NCBI GenBank assembly: GCA_005883075.1
Contig: VBAX01000047.1
Coordinates: forward strand, 29,598 to 93,597
Source: Candidatus Bathyarchaeota archaeon
GTDB lineage: Archaea > Thermoproteota > Bathyarchaeia > 40CM-2-53-6
Direction: 5' to 3'
DNA length: 64,000 nt
Position numbers and translations under genes: made by a program. The notes beneath the pieces were generated by a model. The model saw only the letters and a list, made by a program, of their open reading frames with translations. It was not told where the DNA came from and searched no databases. This document shows positions 1 through 10,580 of this stretch, one piece after another. How positions within the stretch are numbered: position 1 is the stretch's first letter; each line of letters starts with the position of its first letter.

Positions 1-42
1 CGTACCCTACTCCAATTCCCAACAGTAACGGTTAGATGCACG

Positions 43-2601
43 TTATGCTTGTTCGAGAGCCCTCGTAATTTCCATTCGCGAAGCACGAAGTGCAGGATAG
101 AGAGACCCAGCTACCACTGCCAAGATTGACAATCCAAAGGCCTGCAGCATCGCATTGTATGGGATGACAAATGGTAGGTAGAACCCGGCAAGGGTTGTGC
201 TGTTAGTCGCTCCCTCCAATAGGAGTAGACCTCCTGGAACTGCGAGTAGGAAGCCAAATAGTCCCAGTAGAATTCCTTCGCTGAGAAAGAGCTCCGCTAT
301 CTGTTTCCTGCTCATTCCTTGTGATCGCAAGAGCCCGATCTCACGCTTTCTATCAGTTACGTTCATGATCATTGTGGCGCCTATTCCGAGGGTGGCGATG
401 AGGAGGGCGAAGTAGAGAACCAAGAGGATGATCGTGAATATTCTGTTGATCGTATCTCGGACCAAGGAGAGGAGTTGTCCGAGGGTCAACGAGTTCTCTG
501 CAAAATCATATTTCGGATACGAGGCGGCAATGTCGCGAGCGATAGTAGACGCTGCTGGCTTGTACTGCGGCTTGAGGTTGATCAGGAAGAGAGGGGCACT
601 GTTGTTGCCGCCGAAGAAATCTTTCTGTGACTTGAAGGAGACAACTATCGAGTCGCTGGCAAAGCTGTTTCCAAACTGGATGTACTGTAGGACAGGCCCG
701 GTGAATATTCCCGCTACATGAAACGGCAAGGTTCCATTAAACGTCGTTACGTCCACGCTTTCACCCGCTGAGACAGCGAGTCTCGATGCCAGAGAATCCG
801 GCAGGAGGACTGTCTGAGAATTGTTCGCTAGCTCGGCGTAGACTTGCTGTTGGGGAGGCGAGTTCACGAACTGGTAGCTTATGATCTGGGGGAATGTTGT
901 CGGGTCAACGGCTAGTACTCCTACTGATGTGCTGTTGCCGTTGGGTCCGAGGGCTTTGGGATTGAATGGTAGGAGGCTGGGTCCGAGGGGAGTTGCTAGA
1001 GAGACTTGTGCTATGTTGGTGAGATTGTTGGTGAAGCTGATTGGTAGGGACTGGTTTGCGATCAGGATTATGTCCGCCCCAAGCGCTTCCTGAATTCCTT
1101 GGTCGAGGGCGGTTTGGACCCCGCCTTGGATTCCCCCTAGCATGATTACGAAGCTGAGTGTGATGGTGATCATTCCGAACGAGATTGCGTTTCTGAGCAG
1201 CCTTCGTCTCCCGTTTCTCGATGCGATGTATCCTACGACCCTCGAGAATGGCAGGAGCGGTCCAGTGAGTATTCGTCCCGATCGTCCGAATAGTACTGCG
1301 CCAAGAATGACTAGCCCCATCGGGATTAGTGCAACGTCGAGGTATGACACGTGGAACGGCGTTAGTCTGGCAGCCTCTAGCGAGCCGACCGTGAGAATGC
1401 CCAAGCTGACAAGGACGATGATCGAATCTGGGATCCTATTGCGAGAGTTTCGGGCGGAGGGCCGAATCGCTTGAATAATATCGATTCGACTTGCAGAAGC
1501 GGCCGGGTAGAGCGATCCTGCGAAAACCGATGCAAACCCTGCTCCAAGCCCCATTAGAGTTATGGTTGGGGTAAGCTGGACTAGTGGGAGAGATGGGATT
1601 TGCAGAATGTTCTCAGCAACTGCCGTGAAGCCCCGCGAAAGAATTAATCCGGTAAAGACACCGGCGATTGTGCCAATCGTACCAATGAGTAATCCTTCTG
1701 CTAGGAAGATCATGAAGATCTGTGACCGGCTGGTCCCAACAGCCCTCATCACCCCAATCTCATACGTGCGTTCGTTTACTGTCATGAACAAGGTGTTGAA
1801 GACGATGAAAGCGCAAACAACGAGTGCGACAGCCACCATCACGTTCAGGCCAAGCTCGAACCCGGCGGTTTGTCCCGCTATTCTCTGAACTGCTTCCGCC
1901 TTTGGAGCGTTTACGTTGAAAAGCGGTGAGCCCAAGCGGCTTTGAATCTCATCCCGGACCTGCGGCGCCCTAGTCGGATCCTTGAGAGTTGCGTAAATGT
2001 GGGAGATCATTCCCTGAAAGTTTAGTTCCGATTGTAGCTGGGTAAGGTTGAGGTAGATCGAAGCGCCGATGTTACGTAGAGGATGGTTGATTCCTACTAC
2101 TGATAAAGGGATGGTTACGTTGGTTCTTGTGACGACGTTTGGGGTGACAACGTTGAGGGTCGAGCCGATTCCCAATCCGAACTTCTGGGCCAGCCCATCA
2201 TCCACTGTCGCCTGGTCGGGGAATAGGGTCTTTGCCCCGGTAATGTTGAAGCTGGAATAATCGAAATCCGTCCTATTGATCCCTACAAGAGAAAAGAATG
2301 TCCTGCTATCGGTGGTGCCAAACCAGACAAGTCTTCCAGCTGTCTGTTGAACTCCAGAGGTGTTATCGACAATGTGCAGATAACGGCTCTCGAAAACAGG
2401 CGGGAGTCCGCCGTAACTTACTACAATATCAGTGCGGCCCCAGAACTTATTGATGTAATTAGTAAACTCGCCAGTTGCGCTTGCGGTTGCCAGGTTTATG
2501 CCTACGAGCAGAGCGACTCCTAAGACAACTGCTAGAATTGTCAGCGCGGTTCTTGCGCGCCTTTTTGGGAGGTTGCGGTAGGCTATCTTTGCCGAGAGCA
2601 A
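43..2601 (-). CDS. ABC transporter permease, FtsX/MacB-like, with large extracytoplasmic domains
   Basis: 852-aa ORF with an N-terminal TM helix and two FtsX-like 4-TM modules, seen as the duplicated ...LAEGLLIGTIGTIAG... / ...LSEGILLGLFGFLLA... segments. Sits immediately downstream of an ABC ATPase on the same strand. Confidence 0.7.
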   Translation of the reverse strand: MLSAKIAYRNLPKRRARTALTILAVVLGVALLVGINLATASATGEFTNYINKFWGRTDIVVSYGGLPPVFESRYLHIVDNTSGVQQTAGRLVWFGTTDSRTFFSLVGINRTDFDYSSFNITGAKTLFPDQATVDDGLAQKFGLGIGSTLNVVTPNVVTRTNVTIPLSVVGINHPLRNIGASIYLNLTQLQSELNFQGMISHIYATLKDPTRAPQVRDEIQSRLGSPLFNVNAPKAEAVQRIAGQTAGFELGLNVMVAVALVVCAFIVFNTLFMTVNERTYEIGVMRAVGTSRSQIFMIFLAEGLLIGTIGTIAGVFTGLILSRGFTAVAENILQIPSLPLVQLTPTITLMGLGAGFASVFAGSLYPAASASRIDIIQAIRPSARNSRNRIPDSIIVLVSLGILTVGSLEAARLTPFHVSYLDVALIPMGLVILGAVLFGRSGRILTGPLLPFSRVVGYIASRNGRRRLLRNAISFGMITITLSFVIMLGGIQGGVQTALDQGIQEALGADIILIANQSLPISFTNNLTNIAQVSLATPLGPSLLPFNPKALGPNGNSTSVGVLAVDPTTFPQIISYQFVNSPPQQQVYAELANNSQTVLLPDSLASRLAVSAGESVDVTTFNGTLPFHVAGIFTGPVLQYIQFGNSFASDSIVVSFKSQKDFFGGNNSAPLFLINLKPQYKPAASTIARDIAASYPKYDFAENSLTLGQLLSLVRDTINRIFTIILLVLYFALLIATLGIGATMIMNVTDRKREIGLLRSQGMSRKQIAELFLSEGILLGLFGFLLAVPGGLLLLEGATNSTTLAGFYLPFVIPYNAMLQAFGLSILAVVAGSLYPALRASRMEITRALEQA

Positions 2602-2620
2602 TGTTCAGCCTCAGCCTTCG

Positions 2621-3391
2621 CTAGTTGGGCTGTGAGAGCGATCTCGCGGGCTCGGGTGGAACTGGCTCGATCGCTCTCAGCCTGAACGCTTCTCTGGGTC
2701 GCTGTTGCGTTCCTTTCGATATGATGCCGTCCCTCATTTCAAACAGTTTCTCCGCTCGATCTGCGACTACTGGGTCGTGTGTAACGACAAGAACAGAAGC
2801 ATTTTCTTTTTTCGCTGATTCGTACATTATCTGGACTACTTCTGAGCCTGTTTTCGTATCAAGGTCTCCCGTCGGTTCGTCGGCGAGTATGATTTTCGGG
2901 TGGTTTGCGAGGGCCCTGGCTATGGCAACACGTTGTTGCTCTCCCCCGCTCAATTCGTCCGGCAGATGGGTTAGGCGTTCTTTGAGACCTACGCGCTCAA
3001 GCATTAGGCTGGCCCGCTCTTTGGCGGGCTTCGGTTTCATTCCTGCAGTCAACAACGGCAGCTCCACGTTCTCTAGGGCCGTCAGGACGGGGATGAGGTT
3101 GTGGAATTGGAAGACGAAACCGATCTTGTGGCGTCTAAGCTTCGTCAGCTGACCATCCTTCATACCAGTAATTTCCTCTCCGTCAATTGTTACCGTTCCA
3201 GCTGATGGTTTATCTAGTGTTCCGATAATGTTGAGGAGCGTTGTTTTTCCGGACCCGGAAGGACCTGTTACGACTACGAACTCTGCTTGGTAGAGTGTGA
3301 AGTTGACCCCGCGAAGCGCTTGCACGTTGATGTTGCCGAGGCGGTAAGTCTTCTCCAGGTTCGCAACTTGGACTATAGCAGTGGTCTCCAA
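2621..3391 (-). CDS. ABC transporter ATP-binding protein (MacB/LolD-like)
   Basis: Walker A GPSGSGKTT, ABC signature LSGGEQQRVAIARAL and Walker B ILADEPTGDLD are all present. Confidence 0.9.
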   Translation of the reverse strand: METTAIVQVANLEKTYRLGNINVQALRGVNFTLYQAEFVVVTGPSGSGKTTLLNIIGTLDKPSAGTVTIDGEEITGMKDGQLTKLRRHKIGFVFQFHNLIPVLTALENVELPLLTAGMKPKPAKERASLMLERVGLKERLTHLPDELSGGEQQRVAIARALANHPKIILADEPTGDLDTKTGSEVVQIMYESAKKENASVLVVTHDPVVADRAEKLFEMRDGIISKGTQQRPREAFRLRAIEPVPPEPARSLSQPN

Positions 3392-3490
3392 CGAGAGTCA
3401 ATCTACGAGAGGTTACGGCTGAGGCCCGAATATCTTCCTTTCGAGAGTGCTCCCAAAGCGCTTAAGCTCTGAACCAGTAATCGGCAAACT

Positions 3491-4024
3491 ATGGCTGCTA
3501 AGATTGTGATTCTCGACATAGAGACGACATCTCTTGAGGGGGATGCTGGAGTACTCGTTGGTGCCGGGCTCATGTCGGACGCGGGACGGGGCGAGTACTT
3601 GGAAGCGAGGAGGACGAGTGAGGAGAAGGCGTTGTTGTCGAAACTGTCAAAACGTTTGGAGAGCTTTGATATCCTAGTGACCTGGAATGGCAGGAGCTTC
3701 GACATACCATTTCTCACAACCCGCCTCATGAAACATGGACTTGATCCACGATCCATCCTTCGCAAGTCACACATTGATCTCGCGGACGTCGTCAAGAGCC
3801 GATTGAGACTCACCTTCAACTATCTCGACCACGTTTGTGATTTCTTCCAGATTGATCGGAAGAAGGGTCCAATGGGTCTTGATGTTCCACACCTTTACGT
3901 TCTAGCGGTTGAGGGAGATAGGAAAGCTCTGTCATCGATACGGGAGCATTGTCTGGACGATTTGGGGGCGACGAGACAGGTCTTCTTGAAGCTTAAGCCG
4001 CTTTTGGAGCCGCAGTTAGAGTAG
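3491..4024 (+). CDS. RNase H-fold 3'-5' exonuclease-like protein (COG3359/YprB-like)
   Basis: N-terminal ILDIETTSL acidic motif typical of DEDD/RNase-H-like exonucleases. Size is about 177 aa. Confidence 0.45.
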   Translation: MAAKIVILDIETTSLEGDAGVLVGAGLMSDAGRGEYLEARRTSEEKALLSKLSKRLESFDILVTWNGRSFDIPFLTTRLMKHGLDPRSILRKSHIDLADVVKSRLRLTFNYLDHVCDFFQIDRKKGPMGLDVPHLYVLAVEGDRKALSSIREHCLDDLGATRQVFLKLKPLLEPQLE

Positions 4025-4693
4025 CCCGAGGGGCAGTCTGAGACCAAAGAACGTTGCGAGGATCGCGAGTATCGCGAGGTATATGCCGAAGAGTCCGAGC
4101 GTGATGAGGAGATTTCTCGGCCAGCGCTTGCTCCAGGAGATTCCGAAAGGAATGCCGACTGTGAAGCCTATGACATGCGCGATGTAGGCGATGTTAGGGT
4201 CGTAGCTCAGACCTGGAATCAGGGTCGGATCGTAGACAAGAGCAATGTTGTAGAGGAAGTAGAACATAGCGACCAGGCCCTGCGGGGCCATAAAGAGGAA
4301 CGAGAATTTCAAAGGATTCATCAGCATCACGCAGGCTGCCAAAGTGAAGATGGCTGCTGAAGCTCCGAGCATGCCTGTATCCGGCGCGTAGAGTCCGAGG
4401 GCTGGAGGAACGAGGAATGCTGTGAATCCCCCAATGAAAAAGACCGCTAGATGATAGTCTCTACCAATCATTTTTTCCAGAGTATTTCCAAACACGAACA
4501 GGAAGAGCATGTTTCCGAAGAGATGGGTGGGGCTAGCGTGGAGGAAGAGCGCGGTAAAGAGAGTCCAGACTCTTCCGGCCAACAGGTTGTTCCAGCTGAA
4601 CACAAAATTTGTATCGATGAAGTCGGGGTCCTGTTGCCAAGCCCAGAGGCTCAGGCCTACGCATCCAAGTATGAGTAGATAGTTGACCCTCAA
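4016..4693 (-). CDS. rhomboid-family intramembrane serine protease
   Basis: Polytopic membrane protein with a GASAAIF (GxSx) motif and a downstream AHVIGFTVG (AHxxGxxxG) motif, arranged as in rhomboids. Confidence 0.6.
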   Translation of the reverse strand: MRVNYLLILGCVGLSLWAWQQDPDFIDTNFVFSWNNLLAGRVWTLFTALFLHASPTHLFGNMLFLFVFGNTLEKMIGRDYHLAVFFIGGFTAFLVPPALGLYAPDTGMLGASAAIFTLAACVMLMNPLKFSFLFMAPQGLVAMFYFLYNIALVYDPTLIPGLSYDPNIAYIAHVIGFTVGIPFGISWSKRWPRNLLITLGLFGIYLAILAILATFFGLRLPLGLL

Positions 4694-4848
4694 CCTGAGA
4701 CCCCCTCGAAGCGTCCAGCCGCAAGTGGCCTATTTCAGAAGTTCCTAACCAAACCTTCAAGGACTCTTCGTCATTCAGCTTCGTTTTGTAAGGGCCGTTT
4801 GCGCCAAACCCTTTTACCGCCAATATACTCACGTCTCGCGTTCATCCT

Positions 4849-5718
4849 TTGGGGTCCAGAGCCCAGGCCTACGTCAACCTGACCAAGCCGAAGATAGTAT
4901 TCCTTCTGGACTTCACCGCTCTAATGGCTTTCCTGGTGGCTACACGAGGCATCAATCTGCTCAATCTGGCAGCGGTCTTGGTGGCCGGCACCCTGGCGTC
5001 TGGGGGTGCTGGTGCATTGAACTGCTATCTCGATCGTGACATTGACCAGAGTATGGGGCGCACAAGTCAGCGGCCGATTCCGAAAGGAGAGGTAACGCCC
5101 TTCAACGCGCTAATCTTTGGACTGTTGCTGGTGGGAGCCGGAGTCGGAATTTCCCTCTGGCTTCTGTCTCTCTGGGCTAGCCTATTCATCTTCCTCGGTG
5201 CCGCAATCTATGTTGGCTTCTACACCAAGTGGTTGAAGCGCCGGACAACTCTCAACATCGTTCTCGGCGGTTCAGCGGGAAGCTGCGCGCCACTAGCGGG
5301 TTGGGCCGCTGCCACTGGAAACATCGGTGCGATTGCACCGTGGTTGATGGCTTTGCTCGTCTTTGTCTGGACACCAAGCCACTTCTGGAGCCTGGCCCTT
5401 CGAGCCTCAAAGGACTACGCGAAAGCCGGCATTCCCATGCTTCCCATCGTCGTAGGGGACAAGAAGGCCGCGCAATACATTGCCCTCAACACTTTCCTCC
5501 TAGTCCCGTCATCTCTCATCTTCGTCCCTCTGGGAACATTTGGAATAATCTATCTCACGATCGCAGGGTTGCTTGGTCTTGGAATAATCATTGTCGACTT
5601 GAAGCTGGCTTTCAACCCGACGAAGGCTCAGGCGTGGACCGCTTTCAAATTCTCAAGCCCGTACCTAGCCATCGTATTCCTCGCAATGGTCCTAGACTAC
5701 TGGATTCCTCTACACTAG
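4849..5718 (+). CDS. ctaB: UbiA-family prenyltransferase, protoheme IX farnesyltransferase (heme O synthase)-like
   Basis: N-terminal YVNLTKPKIV motif characteristic of CtaB/CyoE. Polytopic membrane protein of 289 aa. Confidence 0.55.
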   Translation: MGSRAQAYVNLTKPKIVFLLDFTALMAFLVATRGINLLNLAAVLVAGTLASGGAGALNCYLDRDIDQSMGRTSQRPIPKGEVTPFNALIFGLLLVGAGVGISLWLLSLWASLFIFLGAAIYVGFYTKWLKRRTTLNIVLGGSAGSCAPLAGWAAATGNIGAIAPWLMALLVFVWTPSHFWSLALRASKDYAKAGIPMLPIVVGDKKAAQYIALNTFLLVPSSLIFVPLGTFGIIYLTIAGLLGLGIIIVDLKLAFNPTKAQAWTAFKFSSPYLAIVFLAMVLDYWIPLH

Positions 5719-5726
5719 AGAACCAT

Positions 5727-6329
5727 TCAGGACCCTCGAATTTGCTTCAAGAGATTCTGAATCATTATTCTCCCATGCGGATGGTCATCGTTTGACCTCT
5801 CAGGGTGAAATTGGACGCCGTATATCGACCTCGATCGGTGCACTATGGCCTCGACTTTGGATGTTGTCGATTGCGCGAGGTGTTGAAACTCGTCGGGAAC
5901 CTTGGTCAATTCCTGACGGTGTGATTCCGCTACCACAAATTCGGAGGGCAATCCGTCGAACAACGGATGTTTCCGGACGACGCTCACCTTTTCGTATCCA
6001 CGGAGCATTTGACCCATGTCTCGCGTTATGGCCCCAAACGCTGACCCGATGATCTGATGTCCGTAGCATATGCCCAGAATTGGAAACTTGGCCTTTCTGA
6101 CTAAGTCCATTTCGGGTTGGAATAGTTCGCGGGTTCTAGGTTTTGAGAGTAGGGCACTGGACCCTGTGAGAATGACCAGATCCGGTCCAGAACCTACAAC
6201 CCTATCGTAAAGGTCCGGTTGCTTGTAGTCTATTTTCTCTACCGATTGTCCGATGGAATTTTCTATGTTCTGGACTGCGCTGTCAGTTTGGCTCGGTTCT
6301 TTGTAGTTGTTTACGACAACTATTTTCAA
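5727..6329 (-). CDS. class I glutamine amidotransferase-like protein
   Basis: GICYGHQ catalytic Cys-His motif and a C-terminal HPE motif. Confidence 0.6.
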   Translation of the reverse strand: MKIVVVNNYKEPSQTDSAVQNIENSIGQSVEKIDYKQPDLYDRVVGSGPDLVILTGSSALLSKPRTRELFQPEMDLVRKAKFPILGICYGHQIIGSAFGAITRDMGQMLRGYEKVSVVRKHPLFDGLPSEFVVAESHRQELTKVPDEFQHLAQSTTSKVEAIVHRSRSIYGVQFHPERSNDDHPHGRIMIQNLLKQIRGS

Positions 6330-6332
6330 TGT

Positions 6333-7493
6333 TTAGAGGACGGCCAGGAGTTTGTCGATTTCTTCCTCGGTGTTGTAGTAGTGTGGTGAGGCTCTTAGTG
6401 CTTTGACTCTGCTTGCGACTGTGATGTTGAGCTTCTTCAACTTCTCATACGTTGCTCCGGGATCGGGGTCTTCGAAGACCACTATTCCGCTTCGCCGGTC
6501 TGGCTGTAACGGTGTGAGTATTTTGCGTCCTTTCTTTTTCAATCCCTCGATCAGGTGCTCTGTGACCTTCAGGACTCGGTGGGACCTTTCTGTCTGATCA
6601 TGCTTCAATGCGAATTCGAGGGCTGCTTTGGCGCCAACAATCGATATTACTCCCCAGCTTCCACCCTCAAACATTGTCGCGTCTGGCGCGGGTATCGTCT
6701 CTTCTATGTTGAACGGTTTTCCGAACAGATCTTGTTGGCTTGTGAGTCTTCTTGCGACTGAGTCTTGGACTCCATGCCAGCCGATATAGTTCGGGTCAAG
6801 TTCCTTCAGTCTATCGCGTTTGGTGTAGACGAAAGCTGCCCCGTGGGGTCCTTGCATCCACTTGTACATTCCACATACTAGCGCGTCAACTCCGTCTTGC
6901 CGAGCATCTATTGGAAAGACGCCTAGAGCGTGGAACGAGTCAGCGATGACAAACGCACCATGTTCGTGCGCGATCTTTGTGATCTCTCGAATTTTCTCTC
7001 GACAGCCGTTAGTCCACGAAACATAGTCAACAGAGACGATCGAGGTGTCGTCGTCGATCGCTTTCTCCCATTGTTCTAGCGGGATTGTGCCGTTATTATC
7101 GCGGTGAAGTAGGCGGACGTCCTTTGCTCGTCCGTGTTTTTTCTGGAGGTGCCAGAGGTAGATGTTTGTCGGAAAGTTAAGTTCACTGATAACGATGTTG
7201 CCTCTCGGTTTGTAGTTGATGCTGCTAGCGAGGCTGATGAGCGCGCTGGTGACGTTTGGGACGGACGCTATCTCGTCGAGGGGGACTCCACCTATCATCT
7301 TTCCAAATTGCCGGCGTGATTCAATGATTAGAGGAAGCCATTCCTCCCAGTTCTCGCCGTACTCTCGCCAGTCAGCCATGAACTCGTTGATCGCGTTGAG
7401 CACCGGTATGGACGGCGGACCCGTTCCCGCGTTGTCGAAATAGGCTCGCCGGGAGGTGACAGGTATCTGTTTCCTTACAAGGTCGATATTCAA
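6333..7493 (-). CDS. class V aminotransferase / cysteine-desulfurase-like PLP enzyme
   Basis: 386 aa with ADSFHALGVFPID....CGMYKWMQGPHG. The Lys of the YKW motif would be the PLP-binding Lys. Confidence 0.7.
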   Translation of the reverse strand: MNIDLVRKQIPVTSRRAYFDNAGTGPPSIPVLNAINEFMADWREYGENWEEWLPLIIESRRQFGKMIGGVPLDEIASVPNVTSALISLASSINYKPRGNIVISELNFPTNIYLWHLQKKHGRAKDVRLLHRDNNGTIPLEQWEKAIDDDTSIVSVDYVSWTNGCREKIREITKIAHEHGAFVIADSFHALGVFPIDARQDGVDALVCGMYKWMQGPHGAAFVYTKRDRLKELDPNYIGWHGVQDSVARRLTSQQDLFGKPFNIEETIPAPDATMFEGGSWGVISIVGAKAALEFALKHDQTERSHRVLKVTEHLIEGLKKKGRKILTPLQPDRRSGIVVFEDPDPGATYEKLKKLNITVASRVKALRASPHYYNTEEEIDKLLAVL

Positions 7494-7548
7494 AGAGACA
7501 CCGAGATTTGTCGAAGTTCATTTGGCCGGGCTGAGTATAAAGGAAGTG

Positions 7549-7827
7549 CTAGCTGGTGTGGAAGCTCTGGACTCCCATTTCGGCTATGCAATTCCTGCAC
7601 CAGAACTGGTTCCTTTCTGGGCTGTACTGGGCATGACTGTCTGTTACTATGTTTCCGCAGTGTCCGCAGCGTACGATGAAGACTTTCCGCATTTTGTGAT
7701 GGGGGAGGTCTTTCTTGTGCTGTTCTACATCGATATCCCTGGGTTCTAGGACCATATTGCAGTTCTCACAGTAGTAGATTGTTTCGAGAATTGCCTTGTC
7801 GCGTTCGTCTACCCAGTTCTCAGCCAT
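7549..7827 (-). CDS. small zinc-ribbon protein of unknown function
   Basis: 92 aa with CENC...CGHCGN...CRNC Cys pairs. Confidence 0.4.
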   Translation of the reverse strand: MAENWVDERDKAILETIYYCENCNMVLEPRDIDVEQHKKDLPHHKMRKVFIVRCGHCGNIVTDSHAQYSPERNQFWCRNCIAEMGVQSFHTS

Positions 7828-7976
7828 GGAAGTGATAGTGCTCCTTTATGGGAAAGAGCTTCGATCGTGCTTGTTTTCGCCATTCTAATCTAGACGCGCC
7901 TTCCTTGTTTATATAGAATCCACGAAAGGAAAGTCATGTCTAGGGCAAAATCGCTCACATCTCGGCTATTTTTCGA

Positions 7977-9161
7977 GTGTTTTTTACTCGGAGAGTTATG
8001 CTCCATCTTTCCTCGCGAAGCAAGGTTCACTATACCCTGTCGCAGACGTATGGAGAAGGAGAGGTAGAGAGTTTGGGTCTTCCAGAGAAGATTAAGCAGA
8101 TTGAAGAGGAGATGAAGAAGACCCAGATCAACAAGAAGACTGAACACCACATCGGCCTTCTCAAAGCAAAGCTTGCCCGGTTGCACGAGGAGCTGGAAGC
8201 CTCTACTTCGAAGGGAGGAGGTCCGGCTTTCGAGATTCGCAAGGGTGGCGACGCGACAGTCGTTCTCATCGGCCTCCCCAGTGTTGGTAAGTCGACTATT
8301 CTGAATCGGTTGACAAATGCGAAATCGAAAGTTGCGGCATACGCCTTCACAACCCTCACGGTTGTTCCGGGGATTCTGCGTCTCAACGGAGCGGACATTC
8401 AGATCCTCGACCTTCCAGGAATCATCAGCGGTGCATCTTCGGGACGAGGGAGGGGAAGGAGAGTTCTCTCGGTCGCCAGGAACGCGGACCTCGTATTGTT
8501 GGTCTTGGATGTGTTTCAGCCGGGGCAGGTCCAATTGTTGAAGAATGAGCTTCATGCGATGGGTATTCGGATCGACCAGAAGCCTCCCGATGTGGTCATC
8601 AATAGGGGCAGTAAGGGAGGGCTAGCTCTCACCACGAGTGTCAAGCTTACGAAACTGACCCCGGCAACTGTCAAGGGAATAGTCGAAGCCTACGGGATTA
8701 GTAATGGTGGCATTTTGGTACGCGAAGATGTTACAGACGAGCAATTGATTGACGTTTTGACCGGGAACCGGAGGTATGTTTCCTCCCTGGTCGTCTTGAA
8801 CAAGGTGGACTTGGTAAACGAGCAGTACCTTACTGCTGCGAAGAAACAGATTGGAAGCGATTTTGTCCCCATATCCGCTGAGAAGGGATTGAACATGGAC
8901 GTCCTCGCTGATAGAATCTGGGAGACCCTCAATTTCATCCGAATATATCTGAAACGTCCTGACGGTGACGCGGACTTCGAGAAACCACTCATTCTCCCCG
9001 CAGGCTCGACGTTACGTGATGTTTGCAAGAAGATTAGTCCCCGATTTGTCGAGGGAGCCAAGTACGCTTTTGTCTCAGGGTCCAGCGTGAAATTCACGGG
9101 TCAGCGAGTGAGTCTCGACCATATCCCTGCTGACAAGGACGTCGTCACGATCATGCGCTAA
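7977..9161 (+). CDS. drg: developmentally regulated GTP-binding protein (Drg/Obg-family GTPase with TGS domain)
   Basis: G1 GLPSVGKST, DLPG and NKVD motifs, plus a C-terminal TGS domain. Archaeal/eukaryotic Drg-type N-terminus is LPEKIKQIEEEMKKTQ. The true start is probably a TTG near 8073, preceded by a GGAG-rich Shine-Dalgarno. Confidence 0.85.
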   Translation: MFFTRRVMLHLSSRSKVHYTLSQTYGEGEVESLGLPEKIKQIEEEMKKTQINKKTEHHIGLLKAKLARLHEELEASTSKGGGPAFEIRKGGDATVVLIGLPSVGKSTILNRLTNAKSKVAAYAFTTLTVVPGILRLNGADIQILDLPGIISGASSGRGRGRRVLSVARNADLVLLVLDVFQPGQVQLLKNELHAMGIRIDQKPPDVVINRGSKGGLALTTSVKLTKLTPATVKGIVEAYGISNGGILVREDVTDEQLIDVLTGNRRYVSSLVVLNKVDLVNEQYLTAAKKQIGSDFVPISAEKGLNMDVLADRIWETLNFIRIYLKRPDGDADFEKPLILPAGSTLRDVCKKISPRFVEGAKYAFVSGSSVKFTGQRVSLDHIPADKDVVTIMR

Positions 9162-9172
9162 GCTAGGCAGGC

Positions 9173-10570
9173 TCAGCGACCTAGATTGAATTCTTCGTGA
9201 ATTGCCCTCACTGCTTCCGGGCCATCCTTGTGTGATACCACGAAGGATACGTTGTACTCGGAGGACCCCTGCGCGACCATACGGACATTCGCCTTTCGTT
9301 TCGCGACCGCCGTAAATATCCTAGCAGCCACTCCCGGCGTCCCTTTCATCCCAGATCCAACAACAGCAATAATGCAGGCATCTTTCTCCTCGGATATTCT
9401 ATCCACGTATCCCTGTCCCATCAGCGCCAATTGAAGAGCCCTGACGGCGCGGTCAACGTCTCTGTTCGCAACAACGCAGGATATCGTGGCTTCAGAAGAG
9501 CCTTGAGATATCATCATCACGTTGACGTTGTTTGAACCGAGTGTCTGGAAGACTTTTGCAGCGACTCCGGGAGCTCCCATCATTCCACTACCACTTACCG
9601 TCACGATGCCTACGTCCCTGATGATCGAAACCGCCTTCACCACTTTGCCTCCATTACTGGATTCGCTAGCGGAAACAAGAGTTCCATTCCGCGCTGGTCT
9701 AGAAGAGTTCTTTATTCGGACCGGGATTTTCTTTTGTCCAGCCGGTTGCAGTGCCCTAGGGTGCATCATTTTTGCACCGAAATAGGATAGTTCTAGTGCC
9801 TCTCCGAACGAAATGTATGGGAGAAGAGTCGCGTTCTTTACGATTCGAGGGTCAGCCGTCATCAGCCCGTCCACGTCAGTCCATATCCATATCTCGTCTG
9901 CTCCCAACGCGGCGGCCAGTAAGGTCGCGGTGTAATCAGATCCTCCTCGTCCGAGGGTCGTGATGCTTCCATCAACTGTAGCGGCGATGAACCCCGTTAC
10001 AACCGGAATTACTCGGCGACTCCATAACGGGTCCAGCCGTTGGCGAACCTGCTGGTAACTGATCTCCACCAGGGGCTTTGCCTCTCCGAAATTATCATCT
10101 GTTGTAATACCCGCTTCAGAGCCCGTCAGTGTCCTTGTCCGTAGGCCCAAGGCTGATATCGTCGCTGCAAGAATCGGTGTAGAAAGTCGCTCGCCGAAGG
10201 ACAGAAGATAGTCGCGGCTTCGAGATGTTAATTCTCTGAGGTGTACTATTCCTTCCACTGTTCGCTCAAGTTCGGAGTTTAGCTGGTCCAATCTCGATAC
10301 GAGGTCCCGGGTTCCTCCTCTACCGGAAACTATCCGTGCTATCTTGAGATGGTAAGCCTGAATCTTGCTGAGGAGTTTTCTCGCCTGCTTTAGATTCCCC
10401 TTCTTGGCGAGTTCGGCGATCTCGACGAGTTGATCTGTTGTCTCTCCAATCGCGGAGGCGACTACAACAATCTTGTTCCTGGGAGAGTGTTGCTGGATTA
10501 TTAGCGCCGCGTTTTTCACTCTGGGCGCGTTCGCCAGGGATGTGCCTCCGAACTTCATCACGAGCTTCAA
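9173..10570 (-). CDS. lysC: aspartate kinase
   Basis: Begins MKFGGTSLAN. Aspartokinase fold with C-terminal ACT domains. Last gene of the thr operon. Confidence 0.9.
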   Translation of the reverse strand: MKLVMKFGGTSLANAPRVKNAALIIQQHSPRNKIVVVASAIGETTDQLVEIAELAKKGNLKQARKLLSKIQAYHLKIARIVSGRGGTRDLVSRLDQLNSELERTVEGIVHLRELTSRSRDYLLSFGERLSTPILAATISALGLRTRTLTGSEAGITTDDNFGEAKPLVEISYQQVRQRLDPLWSRRVIPVVTGFIAATVDGSITTLGRGGSDYTATLLAAALGADEIWIWTDVDGLMTADPRIVKNATLLPYISFGEALELSYFGAKMMHPRALQPAGQKKIPVRIKNSSRPARNGTLVSASESSNGGKVVKAVSIIRDVGIVTVSGSGMMGAPGVAAKVFQTLGSNNVNVMMISQGSSEATISCVVANRDVDRAVRALQLALMGQGYVDRISEEKDACIIAVVGSGMKGTPGVAARIFTAVAKRKANVRMVAQGSSEYNVSFVVSHKDGPEAVRAIHEEFNLGR

Positions 10571-10580
10571 TCTTGACCCT

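Noticed and set aside
2625-3152. Antisense or internal ORFs inside clearly assigned genes (e.g. 2625-3152, 8030-8398, 10438-11049, 13139-13621, 25086-25344, 31279-31593)
   Set aside because: They lie within strongly conserved genes on the opposite strand or in another frame, and their translations are low-complexity, so they are six-frame artefacts.
4849-5718. Heme O synthase as evidence for an aerobic heme-copper oxidase system
   Set aside because: No oxidase, ctaA or cytochrome genes are in the window. The UbiA-family assignment alone cannot establish respiration type.
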